Origin: Patescibacteria group bacterium
GTDB taxonomy: Bacteria; Patescibacteriota; Minisyncoccia; Phycocordibacterales; UBA9973
NCBI GenBank assembly: GCA_040389365.1
Contig: JAZKAB010000003.1
Location: 7,357 to 71,356 of the forward strand
DNA: 64,000 bases
Direction: 5' to 3'
This document shows, in pieces, positions 1 through 9,732 of the stretch (position 1 is its first letter; every line of letters begins with the position of its first letter). The position numbers were made by a program, and so were the translations under genes. The notes beneath the pieces were generated by a model. The model did no database searches, had not been told where the DNA came from, and saw nothing but the letters and a program-made list of their open reading frames with translations.

Positions 1-46
1 TTCATGTTGCATGGTTTTTCCACACACTACTACGCCACCCTTCTTT

Positions 47-1918
47 TTACAACCGCTCTGGATTCTCTTCGATAAGATACGGAAAGTGCAGCGATGTCAG
101 GAAACCTGCCAGCCCAGGCCCTTCTTCTTCAATATAGGTCGGCACTGTCTTTATAATCCATGTCACCAATACCTTCATGCTGCCAATGCTGATGCGGCGC
201 GCTGGCATCATGGTTGCCTCCATGTTTTTGAAATACTCTTGCACCTTTTCTATAACGCTGAGGCGATAGCCTTCGGGTACGGTTATGCTCACTTTTACAA
301 TGCTGCCGTAGGGCGGGTAGCCGATTTCCTGGCGCAGCAGCAGCTCGTCATGAATGATGGCGTTGATCTTCTGCGTCTCAAGCTGCTTGATCGTCGGAAA
401 GTCAGCCTGTCGCGTGAAGAGCAATACGCCGTCAGAGACGCGCTCGTTGCATTCCATGACAATGCGCAGCATGTTTTCAGTCGTATACAGCGACGGCACT
501 GACAGCAGGCGGTCGAAGAAGGGGAAGAGGCAGTAGTTAATATTCTTCAGGAATGGCAATACCTTGATGGTGCCAATAATTATTGAAAACTTCTGCTTCT
601 CGCTGAGTGCGAGCAGCTGGGTAATACTGGCGCTGTCAGGGGTGAGGTCGTCATCGATAGTCGTTACAACGTCAGCGCCAACAAGCGCTGATACTGCATC
701 TCGAATTGCTTCGGTGCCGATTGAGACAGGCGTAATGTTCCAGCTGCCGCAATAGCTGCAGGTGTGCGTAGGCGGCAGCGTGGCAGTGCAGTGCGTGCAG
801 ACGAAGTAGCGCTCCTCGGCGCCTTGGGCGTTTCTTCTATTTTTCAGGACCATTGGCAAGCCGCAGATTTCGCAGGTCACGATCGTGCCGCAGTCGCTGC
901 AGCGCGACAGGGGAGCCACGCCCTTTCTGCTGGCATAGATATAGAGCCGCTTCTTTTTCTTCATCGCATGGCGAATAATCTCGATCACCTCAGTCGGCAA
1001 GACGCTGCGATACGGCTCTACGGGGACGACATGCAGCTTGTCGGGAATGAAGGTGCGCGGCAAATGCGTTTTCTTGGTGCGCTCCAGCGTTTCAAAGCGC
1101 GGGATAGTATCGCCCCAATAGATATGCAGCTTTGCTGCCTTGGCAAACGCGCCTAAGAATATGCGCAGGTCAGTCTTGAAGCGGTCGCTGGTCTTGTACA
1201 GGTTTGAGCTTTCATCCTCAACGATAACTTCGCCGATGTCATGCCGCGGCAAGACGCTGAAGCCTGGCGTCGCGAAGATGATAAGCGGCCGGTCGCTCTG
1301 CTTGATCAGCACGAATGCGCCGCGCAGATCGCGCTTCGTTGTCTTGCTGTGCACGATGACGGCATGCTTTGAGATGCCTTTTTCCAAGAGCGCATGCCAT
1401 TGTTCCAGGTGCTTGATGGTTGGCGCAATGAAGAGCACGCTTTTCTTTGCGGCGAATGCGGTGCGTATAAGGCGCTTGTAGTTGTCGGAGCGCTCAAGCA
1501 TGGTGCCGATAACAGCGTCTTCTTCATAGGAATTTTTTTCTATTGTCTGCTCTTCTGCCAGCGTCACGATCTTTTCTGGAGAAACGTATTCAAACAGGCT
1601 TTGCGGCATGACTGCAGCTGCAATGGCGCCGAGCGGGCTCAATGTCTTTGCCGCTGTTTCCTGCAGGCCGTCAATCACCGCGCCAAGCAGCGGCACGTAG
1701 CCAACGGTGCTGTGTATTTTCTTCAATGCAAACGATGCCTGCTTGATCGCCGCCTTGCCTTCGGTTAGGCTTTGGCATTGCGCGATGATGGCGTTGATTT
1801 TCTGCTTGCCAAACGGCACTGAGACAATGGTACCCGCGTCAAGCAGCTCCGCGCTGAAGTATGTCAGCGTATCGAACGGAAGGCCTCTGCTTATCGGGAT
1901 AACAGTTGCTATATACAT
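47..1918 (-). CDS. priA: Primosomal protein N' (PriA), helicase motifs degenerate
   Basis: N-terminal 3'-binding domain (TLTY...G.IVSVPFGKQ) and four CxxC pairs (CSDC, CEIC, CTHC, CSYC). C-terminal 'R...GYPPY'. ATG at 1918 is preceded by TATAGT at 7 nt. Confidence 0.88.
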   Translation of the reverse strand: MYIATVIPISRGLPFDTLTYFSAELLDAGTIVSVPFGKQKINAIIAQCQSLTEGKAAIKQASFALKKIHSTVGYVPLLGAVIDGLQETAAKTLSPLGAIAAAVMPQSLFEYVSPEKIVTLAEEQTIEKNSYEEDAVIGTMLERSDNYKRLIRTAFAAKKSVLFIAPTIKHLEQWHALLEKGISKHAVIVHSKTTKRDLRGAFVLIKQSDRPLIIFATPGFSVLPRHDIGEVIVEDESSNLYKTSDRFKTDLRIFLGAFAKAAKLHIYWGDTIPRFETLERTKKTHLPRTFIPDKLHVVPVEPYRSVLPTEVIEIIRHAMKKKKRLYIYASRKGVAPLSRCSDCGTIVTCEICGLPMVLKNRRNAQGAEERYFVCTHCTATLPPTHTCSYCGSWNITPVSIGTEAIRDAVSALVGADVVTTIDDDLTPDSASITQLLALSEKQKFSIIIGTIKVLPFLKNINYCLFPFFDRLLSVPSLYTTENMLRIVMECNERVSDGVLLFTRQADFPTIKQLETQKINAIIHDELLLRQEIGYPPYGSIVKVSITVPEGYRLSVIEKVQEYFKNMEATMMPARRISIGSMKVLVTWIIKTVPTYIEEEGPGLAGFLTSLHFPYLIEENPERL

Positions 1919-1945
1919 AAAGGCCACTATACTATAGTCATTCGC
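1919..1945. promoter_or_regulatory. Bidirectional -10 promoter (ACTATA-C-TATAGT) for priA and mreB
   Basis: TATAGT on each strand, each exactly 7 nt before its ATG (1918 minus, 1946 plus). Confidence 0.7.
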
Positions 1946-2965
1946 ATGTGGAAACTTCCGGGCAACAAGAAAATAGGCATTGACCTTGGCACGGCCAATA
2001 CATTGGTATTTATGGCTGGAAAAGGCATCGTATTGAACGAGCCGACAGTCGTTGCTGTTAACCGCACCACCCGCTCTATCGAGGCAATTGGCAATGATGC
2101 CAAAGACATGATCGGCAAGACGCCTGACTCAGTATCAGTGCATCGCCCGATGCAGGACGGTGCCATTGCAAACTACACCGTAACGTATGCCATGCTGCAC
2201 CATTTCATCAGCAAGGCATTGGGCCGCACGTCATTGTTCAAGCCCGACGTGTTGGTATCAGTGCCCGTTGGCATAACCTCAACCGAGCGACGTGCAGTTA
2301 TTGAGGCGACGATGAAAGCTGGCGCGCGCACTGCGATTATTGTGAAGGAGCCAATCTTGGCGGCGCTTGGCGCAGGCGTGCCGATCAACGAGCCGCGCGG
2401 CTGCATGATTATTGATAGCGGCGGCGGTACGACTGACGTTGCAGTTATTTCATTGGGCGGCATCATTGCCTCAACGTCGGTGAAGTGCGCGGGCAACAAG
2501 TTCGACCAGGCCATCATCGATTATATTCGCCATACCTATAACGTTGCCATTGGCGACCAGACTGCAGAGGAAATAAAGAAGACATTGTGCTCTGCATTGC
2601 CCGTATCTCCAGACGTGTCAGGCGACATCAAGGGTCGCGACATGGTGACAGGGTTGCCAAAGACGCTGACTATAACAACAAACGAATTGGTGAAGGCGAT
2701 TCAGTATGAGCTTGAGATTATTATCAAGGCCATCAAGACGGTATTAGAAAACACGCCGCCAGAATTAGCCTCAGACATTATCGACTATGGCATTGTCATG
2801 ACTGGAGGCACATCGAGCCTGGCTCATCTGCCAGAGCTCATCGAGCAGCAGACGGGCGTGAAGGTGCGCGTTGCTGACGATCCGCTGTATTGCGTGGTAA
2901 AGGGAACAGGCGTATTGCTCGGACACCTTGACGATTACAAGCGCTCAATTCTCGCAAAGCGATAG
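1946..2965 (+). CDS. mreB: Rod shape-determining protein MreB
   Basis: IGIDLGTANT, EPTVVA, RPMQDGAIA, DSGGGTTDVAVISLGG, PPELASDI motifs. Confidence 0.96.
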   Translation: MWKLPGNKKIGIDLGTANTLVFMAGKGIVLNEPTVVAVNRTTRSIEAIGNDAKDMIGKTPDSVSVHRPMQDGAIANYTVTYAMLHHFISKALGRTSLFKPDVLVSVPVGITSTERRAVIEATMKAGARTAIIVKEPILAALGAGVPINEPRGCMIIDSGGGTTDVAVISLGGIIASTSVKCAGNKFDQAIIDYIRHTYNVAIGDQTAEEIKKTLCSALPVSPDVSGDIKGRDMVTGLPKTLTITTNELVKAIQYELEIIIKAIKTVLENTPPELASDIIDYGIVMTGGTSSLAHLPELIEQQTGVKVRVADDPLYCVVKGTGVLLGHLDDYKRSILAKR

Positions 2966-2966
2966 T

Positions 2967-3587
2967 ATGAACATTGCAGCCATACATGAGCGCGCGCCGC
3001 AAAAGACATTCCTGGCCCAGGGCAATGAAGCAGCATTTGCTGCATTGATTGAAAGCGCAGCGGTGCAGTATCCGCTCACCAATGTCATTGCCGTCCCTCG
3101 CTTTACTATTGATCATGCCAAGACCATTGTTGCGTATATAAATGAAGGTACTGGGGAAGCGCGCCTCTTGCTGTGTTTCTTTTCAATATTCTCTCCTGAT
3201 GCGGCTGAAGTGTTACTGAAGTCCTTGGAAGAGCCCGATATTGATACGACAGTCGTATTAATGACGCCGTATCCGTACCTGGTTCCTGCAACGATTCGAT
3301 CTCGAACGATGCTGATACATACTGATGCTGTTGCGGTATCAGAAATTGCCAAGGGTATTTCTCGGGAAGGCATGCTGGCGCAGATCAAGGAAGAGTTTGC
3401 CAGCGATGCAGAAGAAGATGCAGCAACAAGACGGGCAAAGGCAGTACAGCTGCTCGACATGCTCGAAGCGCATGTTCGAACGACTCCTGCAAAGGCAGCA
3501 ATTGTTTATAAGGCAAAAGACATGCTGTTCAAGGCGAACCTTCCGACAAAATACATTTTAGAATATGCAGCGAGCATGGTGCTATAA
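2967..3587 (+). CDS. Short DNA polymerase III delta-prime (HolB)-like protein
   Basis: 'AAEVLLKSLEEP...LVPATIRSR' matches the clamp-loader A.NALLK.LEEP...TIRSR motif. ATG is 1 nt after the mreB stop. Confidence 0.7.
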   Translation: MNIAAIHERAPQKTFLAQGNEAAFAALIESAAVQYPLTNVIAVPRFTIDHAKTIVAYINEGTGEARLLLCFFSIFSPDAAEVLLKSLEEPDIDTTVVLMTPYPYLVPATIRSRTMLIHTDAVAVSEIAKGISREGMLAQIKEEFASDAEEDAATRRAKAVQLLDMLEAHVRTTPAKAAIVYKAKDMLFKANLPTKYILEYAASMVL

Positions 3588-3619
3588 AAAAATAACCCCG
3601 AAAGGGATTATTGGTTTTT
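3588..3619. terminator. Intrinsic terminator between convergent genes
   Basis: AATAACCCC-GAAA-GGGATTATT hairpin flanked by A and T runs. Confidence 0.55.
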
Positions 3620-3642
3620 GAAGCTTTTATCAGCGATTTTTT

Positions 3643-4023
3643 TTATACAGCGGGCGCAGTTCTCCAGGGGGCTGTAATTTTTTCATATTGCTGCCGCAGG
3701 GAAGCAGTCGACCCTTTGTACATCTTAGCGCTTGTAAGATAAAAAGTGTCGCTTGTTTCGTATTTAGTATCAGCGCTTGCTTTTAGTACTAAAAAAACTG
3801 GCTCGGCCGAGATGCCTAGCGCTGCATCTACAAAAATCATATTCTCGTCAGTTTCTTCGATTGCCGGAACTCTTTCAAAAGATTGTATGGTGAAAGCAGT
3901 CCTGTCATCTCCAATAAAACAGATAATATAATTGCTGTTAAAGCATGCCGCTACATAGCAGCCTAGGGTTTTAGGAAGGCCCGTAACGTTAATTTCTTCT
4001 TTTTGCGCAAGGTGCTGTTCCAT
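3643..4023 (-). CDS. Hypothetical protein (AT-rich orphan)
   Basis: ORF from MEQHLAQKEE. Upstream TTGCTT-17-TATATT and an A-rich leader. Confidence 0.6.
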   Translation of the reverse strand: MEQHLAQKEEINVTGLPKTLGCYVAACFNSNYIICFIGDDRTAFTIQSFERVPAIEETDENMIFVDAALGISAEPVFLVLKASADTKYETSDTFYLTSAKMYKGSTASLRQQYEKITAPWRTAPAV

Positions 4024-4095
4024 ATTTTTTTTCTGCAATATAGGGTTTTTGGGAGCAAAAAGCAAACAAGCACCCATATGGTATACTGCACTCCT

Positions 4096-4632
4096 ATGTA
4101 CGATATACAACCTTTCAAACAAGAAGCTAAGCAGGCGCAGGAATGGCTTGCAAAAGAATATTCGCAAATCCATACCGGCCGTGCAGCGCCCGCACTGCTT
4201 GATGGCGTATCAGTTGAAGCATACGGCTCATTCCAGCCCTTGAAAAACGTTGCATCAACAACTATCGAAGACCCTAAGACGCTTCGCGTCGTGCCATGGG
4301 ACAAGGGCCAGATCAAGGATATCGAGCGCGCACTGTATGCAGCTGACCTTAACTTCTCGATTGCCGTTGACGATGCCGGCATCCGCGTTATTATCCCGGC
4401 CCTCACTACAGAAACTCGCCAGAAGCTGGTAAAGATTGCAAAGGAGCGCCTTGAAGACGCCCGCATCACCATTCGCAAGGCACGCGAAGCGATGCTGAGC
4501 GATCTGAAAGATCAGAAGCTGCCAGAAGACATGATGCGCAACGCCAAAGACGACGTGCAAACGCAGGTTGACGGAGCCAATAGCGACCTGGAAGGCCTGT
4601 TTAATAAAAAGGAGGCAGAAATCCTCAGCTAG
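4096..4632 (+). CDS. frr: Ribosome recycling factor
   Basis: IHTGRAAPALLD, VPWDK, IPALTTETR, ARITIRKAR. TGG-TATACT lies 8 nt before ATG 4096. Confidence 0.96.
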   Translation: MYDIQPFKQEAKQAQEWLAKEYSQIHTGRAAPALLDGVSVEAYGSFQPLKNVASTTIEDPKTLRVVPWDKGQIKDIERALYAADLNFSIAVDDAGIRVIIPALTTETRQKLVKIAKERLEDARITIRKAREAMLSDLKDQKLPEDMMRNAKDDVQTQVDGANSDLEGLFNKKEAEILS

Positions 4633-4634
4633 TC

Positions 4635-5699
4635 ATGACTATCATTATCTTCATTCTCGTACTGCTCGTTACCGTCATTGCGCATGAATGGGGGCATTTC
4701 TACGTTGCTCGCAAGAGCGGCATGACTGTTGAAGAGTTCGGCTTCGGCATTCCGCCGCGCCTTTTCTCTTGGAAAAAAGGCGGGACAACGTATTCTATTA
4801 ACGCGCTGCCGATTGGCGGGTTCGTAAAGATTGCGGGAGAGAATGGGTTTGAAGATCCAGCTATTGATGCAACGCCTAAAGACAAGCAGTTTGAATCAAA
4901 GCCATGGTACCTGAAGAGCGCAGTGCTTGTTGCGGGCGTAGTCTGCAATATTCTTCTTGCCATTGTCTTGTTTACCGTGGCGTATGCCATCGGCATGCCT
5001 GTTGCGATGGAAGGAGGCACGCCTACGGTTATCAACGTTGTATCAGGATCTCCGGCTGCAAAGAGCGGCCTTGAGGTTGGCGATGTTATTACGGGCGTTT
5101 CGGTCGGTTCAGCTGCCATTGCCGCTGCTCCAAGCACTGAGACCGTGCACGATGCCATTGTTGCCAATGACGGGAACGTGGTATTGAGCGTGAAGCGGGG
5201 GAATAAGGATGTTCCGTTTACCATTGTTCCTGAAGGTACGGGAAGCGCGCGCGTGATTGGCATCGCAATCGAGCCAGTATCGCAGCAGCGCCTGCCGCTC
5301 TTTAGGGCATTTACTGCTGCAGTGCAGCAGACCATCAGCATGGCTGGTCAGATCTTTAGTACACTGGGCAGTCTGATTGCTGGAATCTTTACCCCGAACA
5401 ATACTGCAAGCGCGCTTGTGGGCCCTGTCGGGCTAGCAAAGGAGGTGGGAAGCGCTGCAAGCATTGGCTTTACATATCTCTTGGCGTTTACGGCTGCAAT
5501 TTCAGTAAACCTGGCAGTATTGAACATTATGCCATTTCCAGCCCTTGATGGCGGGCGACTGGTAGTGGTGCTGCTCGAGGCGATTACCAAGCGAAAGTTT
5601 TCCCAGAAAACCGTTGGCATTATTCACGCAATCGGCTTTATCGTGCTTTTGGGCCTCATGGTATTTTTAACAGTAGGGGATGTGCGCAAGCTATTTTAA
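4635..5699 (+). CDS. rseP: RIP metalloprotease RseP (M50, PDZ)
   Basis: HEWGH zinc motif, GGFVKI, PDZ (SPAAKSGLEVGD), NIMPFPALDGG. Confidence 0.93.
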   Translation: MTIIIFILVLLVTVIAHEWGHFYVARKSGMTVEEFGFGIPPRLFSWKKGGTTYSINALPIGGFVKIAGENGFEDPAIDATPKDKQFESKPWYLKSAVLVAGVVCNILLAIVLFTVAYAIGMPVAMEGGTPTVINVVSGSPAAKSGLEVGDVITGVSVGSAAIAAAPSTETVHDAIVANDGNVVLSVKRGNKDVPFTIVPEGTGSARVIGIAIEPVSQQRLPLFRAFTAAVQQTISMAGQIFSTLGSLIAGIFTPNNTASALVGPVGLAKEVGSAASIGFTYLLAFTAAISVNLAVLNIMPFPALDGGRLVVVLLEAITKRKFSQKTVGIIHAIGFIVLLGLMVFLTVGDVRKLF

Positions 5700-5788
5700 T
5701 CCTGTCCCACTGCTCTTGACAAAAGTTTGACTTTTTTTATATCCATGATAAAGTATAGACTATATCAATAGTATAAACACACAGACAC

Positions 5789-6823
5789 ATGGCAACTATC
5801 AGTTTTAAACCTAAACAAGTCACAAAGCGCCTGCTCTCAAACCTGCAGGACCGCGCGCATGACATTATCGTCAACCGCTACGGGCTTGAAGACAATGCTG
5901 ACTCGAAAACACTCGAGGCAATTGGCAAGAAATACGGCATCACTCGAGAGCGCGTTCGCCAGATCGAGAATGCTGCGCTTGCAGCAATCCGCAAGAGTGA
6001 CAGCTTCAAGGCTGAGACCAAGGTATTTGGCGAGCTTCAGGAACTGGTAAAGGTGATGGGCAGCATGGTGCATGAAGACGACTTCCTTTCCTACGTGTCT
6101 AAGGACAAGGCAGTACAGAACCATATTCGCTTCTACATGGTGCTTGGCGAAGAATTCGAAAAGCTGAAAGAAGACGATCATTTCCAGACTCGCTGGACTG
6201 TTGACCAGGAATTGTCTGAAGTTATCCATGACGCACTGCACAAGGTATACAAGAGCCTTGATGACAAGGAGCTTCTTAGCGAAGATGACCTTGTGACTCG
6301 CTTCCTTGAAGAATTGAAGGGCGTAGCCGTTCAGTACAAGAACGAAGAGGTTGCTCGCCGATGGCTGAACATCTCAAAGAAAATTGGCGTTAACCCGCTT
6401 GGCGAATGGGGTCCGTCTGATTCTCAGAACATCAAGACTCGCGGCATTAAGGACTATGCCTTTCTTATGATGCGCAAGCACGGCTCTCCAATGCACTTCC
6501 GCGAAGTCGCAAAGGCTATCGTCGATACGTTCGGTCGCAAGACGCATGTTGCAACGACTCACAACGAGCTGATCAAGGATCCCCGCTTCGTGCTTGTTGG
6601 CCGCGGCTACTACGCGTTGTCAGAATGGGGCTACAAGCCTGGCGTTGTGCGCGACGTGATCAAGGAAATTCTTGTAAAGGAAGGCCCGCTTACCAAAGAA
6701 GACGTCGTTGACCGCGTATTGAAGGAGCGCTTCCTGAAGAAGAACACGATTCTGGTGAATCTTCAGAATGCAAAATACTTTACCAAGCTAGAAAACGGTA
6801 CCTATACCGTTGCGAAGAAATAG
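5789..6823 (+). CDS. Sigma-70 region 4 plus HARE-HTH (RNAP delta-like) domain protein
   Basis: N-terminal TLEAIGKKYGITRERVRQIE. C-terminal 'PMHFREVAKAI...HNELIKDPRFVLVGRGYYALSEW'. Confidence 0.8.
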   Translation: MATISFKPKQVTKRLLSNLQDRAHDIIVNRYGLEDNADSKTLEAIGKKYGITRERVRQIENAALAAIRKSDSFKAETKVFGELQELVKVMGSMVHEDDFLSYVSKDKAVQNHIRFYMVLGEEFEKLKEDDHFQTRWTVDQELSEVIHDALHKVYKSLDDKELLSEDDLVTRFLEELKGVAVQYKNEEVARRWLNISKKIGVNPLGEWGPSDSQNIKTRGIKDYAFLMMRKHGSPMHFREVAKAIVDTFGRKTHVATTHNELIKDPRFVLVGRGYYALSEWGYKPGVVRDVIKEILVKEGPLTKEDVVDRVLKERFLKKNTILVNLQNAKYFTKLENGTYTVAKK

Positions 6824-6826
6824 CCT

Positions 6827-7537
6827 ATGGCTGATGCTCCAGCAAGCGGCGGCGGTAGCGGATGGGGCGCGCTAGAGGTTATTCTCGCGCTCGTACTCGC
6901 TATTGGCCTTATCTCAACCCTTACTGGAAATCCTATAACGCCTATATTCGGACCGAGCAAGACAGGCAGCAGCGCTAAGAGCGCGGCTGCAACAAAAGGT
7001 ACAGCCTATGGCTGTACTGTTGTCGTTTCTGAGCCTTCTCCAAAGGAAAAGATTGGCAGCGAGGTAAAAGTGTCAGGCACGATCAGTGCTTGCGCTGATG
7101 GAGGCAGCTCATTCCCGAAGACTATCTATGCGCAAGTCGTAGACAGCAAGGGTACCGTATTGTCAGTATTGACGCCATTGCCAATCTCAAAGAATTTCTT
7201 TGGCGAAGTGCGCTTTTCAGCAGCGGTGACGTTGTCAGGCATTGCGCGCTCATCGAATGCAACGCTTATCATCACCGGTCCGGCAACTGATACTGCAAAG
7301 TCTGCAAATATTCGCGTTGCAATTACCTTGAAGACGGGCATTGCCGCTCCTGCTCCTATCAATACTGATGCAAACTTTGTTCCTGCAGCAGGATACATGC
7401 CAACTGCAACTCCTACCCCTGCTCCTACGCAGCCGCAGCCCGTATACACTCCTCCTCAGCAGGTTTCTCCTGTTGAGCAGACGCCTCCTCCAAGCACTGG
7501 TTCTGGAAATGGCGGCGGTACCGGTACGACTTTTTAA
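6827..7537 (+). CDS. Membrane-anchored Ig-like (Gmad2-like) protein with Pro/Thr-rich tail
   Basis: N-terminal TM helix, beta-rich central domain, PTPAPTQPQP tail. Confidence 0.6.
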   Translation: MADAPASGGGSGWGALEVILALVLAIGLISTLTGNPITPIFGPSKTGSSAKSAAATKGTAYGCTVVVSEPSPKEKIGSEVKVSGTISACADGGSSFPKTIYAQVVDSKGTVLSVLTPLPISKNFFGEVRFSAAVTLSGIARSSNATLIITGPATDTAKSANIRVAITLKTGIAAPAPINTDANFVPAAGYMPTATPTPAPTQPQPVYTPPQQVSPVEQTPPPSTGSGNGGGTGTTF

Positions 7538-7561
7538 ACACTCAATGGTATACTATATGCC

Positions 7562-8827
7562 ATGCAGCAAACCATTGCTCCCACATTCATTTCGCAACTG
7601 ATCGGCGTTATCATTGCGCTCCCAATACTTTCATATCTTGCCTGGAACTTATGGATGTCATACATCCAGACGCTTTTCATAGACTCGCTTAAATGGACGC
7701 TGCTTGAAATCAAGCCGCCGAAAGAAGTCTTCAAGTCGCCGTTGGCGATGGAGCTGGTATTGAACTCGCTGTATCAGACCGGAGGTCATGGCAACTGGAT
7801 GCAGAAATACTGGGGCGGGGCAGTGCGCAACTGGTTCTCGCTAGAAATTGTCTCTATAGAAGGGTCAATTCATTTTTATATTCGCACCGCAACAAAATTC
7901 AAGAGCATTATTCAGTCGCAGATCTATGCGCAGTATCCGCAGGCTGAGGTGACGGAAGTTGAAGACTATACTGCAGCAGTGCCTGACTTTACCAAAGACG
8001 GTCCTATTGGACTATGGGGTACGAAGCTCGTGCTTACCAAAGACGATCCGTATCCAATCAAGACCTATATTGACTTCGGTCTTGACCGTGCGGTCGGCTC
8101 GCTTGATGAAGAGCAGCGTATTGACCCTATAACCCCCATGCTTGAATTCATGGGCTCAATTGGCATAGGAGAGCAGATCTGGTTCCAGATCATCGTGCGT
8201 GCCGATACCAAGCGCTTTACCGTAACGAAGGGCGGCGTCGAAGAGAGCGGCAAAAGCTGGACCGACAAGGCCAAGGAGGTTATCAAGACATTCAATGACA
8301 GCCTGAATGAAAAGGATAAGGAGGGAAAGACGATTGCAACTCGTCGCGCAACAAGAGGCGAGCAGGGCGTCATCGAGGCGATCGAGCGCAATGCCAGCAA
8401 GTTCGGCTTTGATGCCGGCATTCGCACTATCTATATCACCAAGAAAGACAAGTTCGATGCAAATCGCATTGCCGGATTGACGGGCATGGTGCGCCAGTAC
8501 AGCTCGAGCGATTTCAACAGCTTCAAGCCTGACGGCGCGACAGCGTTTGATTTCCCGTGGCAGGACATTACCGGCAGGAAGATCGTAAAGGCTAAGCAGG
8601 GCATTTTGGATGCATACAAGGCTCGTGCCTATTTCTATGGCGGCTTTGACCTTATCAAGCCTAAAAAGTATTTTACCTATCCAGAAAAATCTGGCGACAA
8701 GCCGTTCATTCTTTCAACAGAAGAGCTTGCAACCATGTTCCATCTTCCTGGTCGCGTGGCTGAAACGCCAAGCTTCGTACGCATTGAGGCAACTAAGGCT
8801 GAGCCTCCAGCAAACTTGCCAGTATAG
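7562..8827 (+). CDS. Conserved CPR-type membrane-anchored hypothetical protein
   Basis: One TM, then 'LLEIKPPKE...SLEIVS.EG.IHFY...IYAQYP.AE...EDY' and 'LSTEELATMFHLP'. Confidence 0.7.
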   Translation: MQQTIAPTFISQLIGVIIALPILSYLAWNLWMSYIQTLFIDSLKWTLLEIKPPKEVFKSPLAMELVLNSLYQTGGHGNWMQKYWGGAVRNWFSLEIVSIEGSIHFYIRTATKFKSIIQSQIYAQYPQAEVTEVEDYTAAVPDFTKDGPIGLWGTKLVLTKDDPYPIKTYIDFGLDRAVGSLDEEQRIDPITPMLEFMGSIGIGEQIWFQIIVRADTKRFTVTKGGVEESGKSWTDKAKEVIKTFNDSLNEKDKEGKTIATRRATRGEQGVIEAIERNASKFGFDAGIRTIYITKKDKFDANRIAGLTGMVRQYSSSDFNSFKPDGATAFDFPWQDITGRKIVKAKQGILDAYKARAYFYGGFDLIKPKKYFTYPEKSGDKPFILSTEELATMFHLPGRVAETPSFVRIEATKAEPPANLPV

Positions 8828-8828
8828 T

Positions 8829-9731
8829 ATGCGACCTTCTCTCCAGCGGGGCTTCATTCGAAGCGCGCTCCTAATATTAGCGCTCGGCACTGTGCTTTTC
8901 GTGAGCGCGTACAATGCATTCGTTGCTGCGCCGTCTGCATTTCCGGCACAGTATCATTTAACTGTCTCAAGCGGCGACAACGTGCGCACCATTTCAGAAC
9001 AGCTGTCTAGCGACGACGCAATCAAGTCAAAGCGCGCGTTTGAAATACTGATGACAGCACTGGGCAGCGACAAGAGCGTGAGCGAGGGCGAGTATTCGTT
9101 CGAGCAGCCGACGTCTTTGATAGGCATTGCATTGCGGCTGTCAGGCAAGGAGTTTGGCACCATGAAGCAGAAGGTGACATTTCCTGAAGGGTATACGAAT
9201 AAGGAAATGGCTGCTCGGCTTGCAGCAGTCTTTCCTGACTTTGATACCGCCGGCTTTCTTGCCCTTGCTGCAAAAGATCAGGGCATGCTCTTTCCTGATA
9301 CGTATTCATTCTTCCCAACGCCGCGGCCAGAGACTGTCGTTACGGCAATGAAGAACAATTACGAAAAGAAGATTCTGCCAATCCGTCCTGAAATACAGGC
9401 AACAGGAAGAAGCGAGCAGTCAATTATTATTATGGCTTCAATTATAGAAAAAGAAGCGAAGGGCGTCGAAGACAGTCCTGTCATTGCCGGCATTCTCTGG
9501 AAGCGATTGCAGCAAGGCATGCTATTGCAGGTTGATGCAGCGCCGGTTACCTATGCAAAAAAAGGCTTGCCGGCTGACCCGATCGGCAATCCTGGCCTTC
9601 GCGCGATCACTGCCGTGCTTTATCCCACAAGCTCTTCTTTTGTCTACTATTTACACGATCGCACGGGCGCAATACACTATGCATCTACCTACGCGCAGCA
9701 TGCGCAGAATATTAAGAAGTATTTACAATAA
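8829..9731 (+). CDS. mltG: Endolytic transglycosylase MltG (YceG family)
   Basis: VTFPEG, LFPDTY, MASIIEKEA, LQVDA, GLP..PIGNPG. ATG is 1 nt after the upstream stop. Confidence 0.92.
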   Translation: MRPSLQRGFIRSALLILALGTVLFVSAYNAFVAAPSAFPAQYHLTVSSGDNVRTISEQLSSDDAIKSKRAFEILMTALGSDKSVSEGEYSFEQPTSLIGIALRLSGKEFGTMKQKVTFPEGYTNKEMAARLAAVFPDFDTAGFLALAAKDQGMLFPDTYSFFPTPRPETVVTAMKNNYEKKILPIRPEIQATGRSEQSIIIMASIIEKEAKGVEDSPVIAGILWKRLQQGMLLQVDAAPVTYAKKGLPADPIGNPGLRAITAVLYPTSSSFVYYLHDRTGAIHYASTYAQHAQNIKKYLQ

Positions 9732-9732
9732 C

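Noticed and set aside
1-12. Possible gene start (ATG CAA CAT GAA) on the minus strand at the window edge
   Set aside because: Only four codons are visible, so it cannot be supported.
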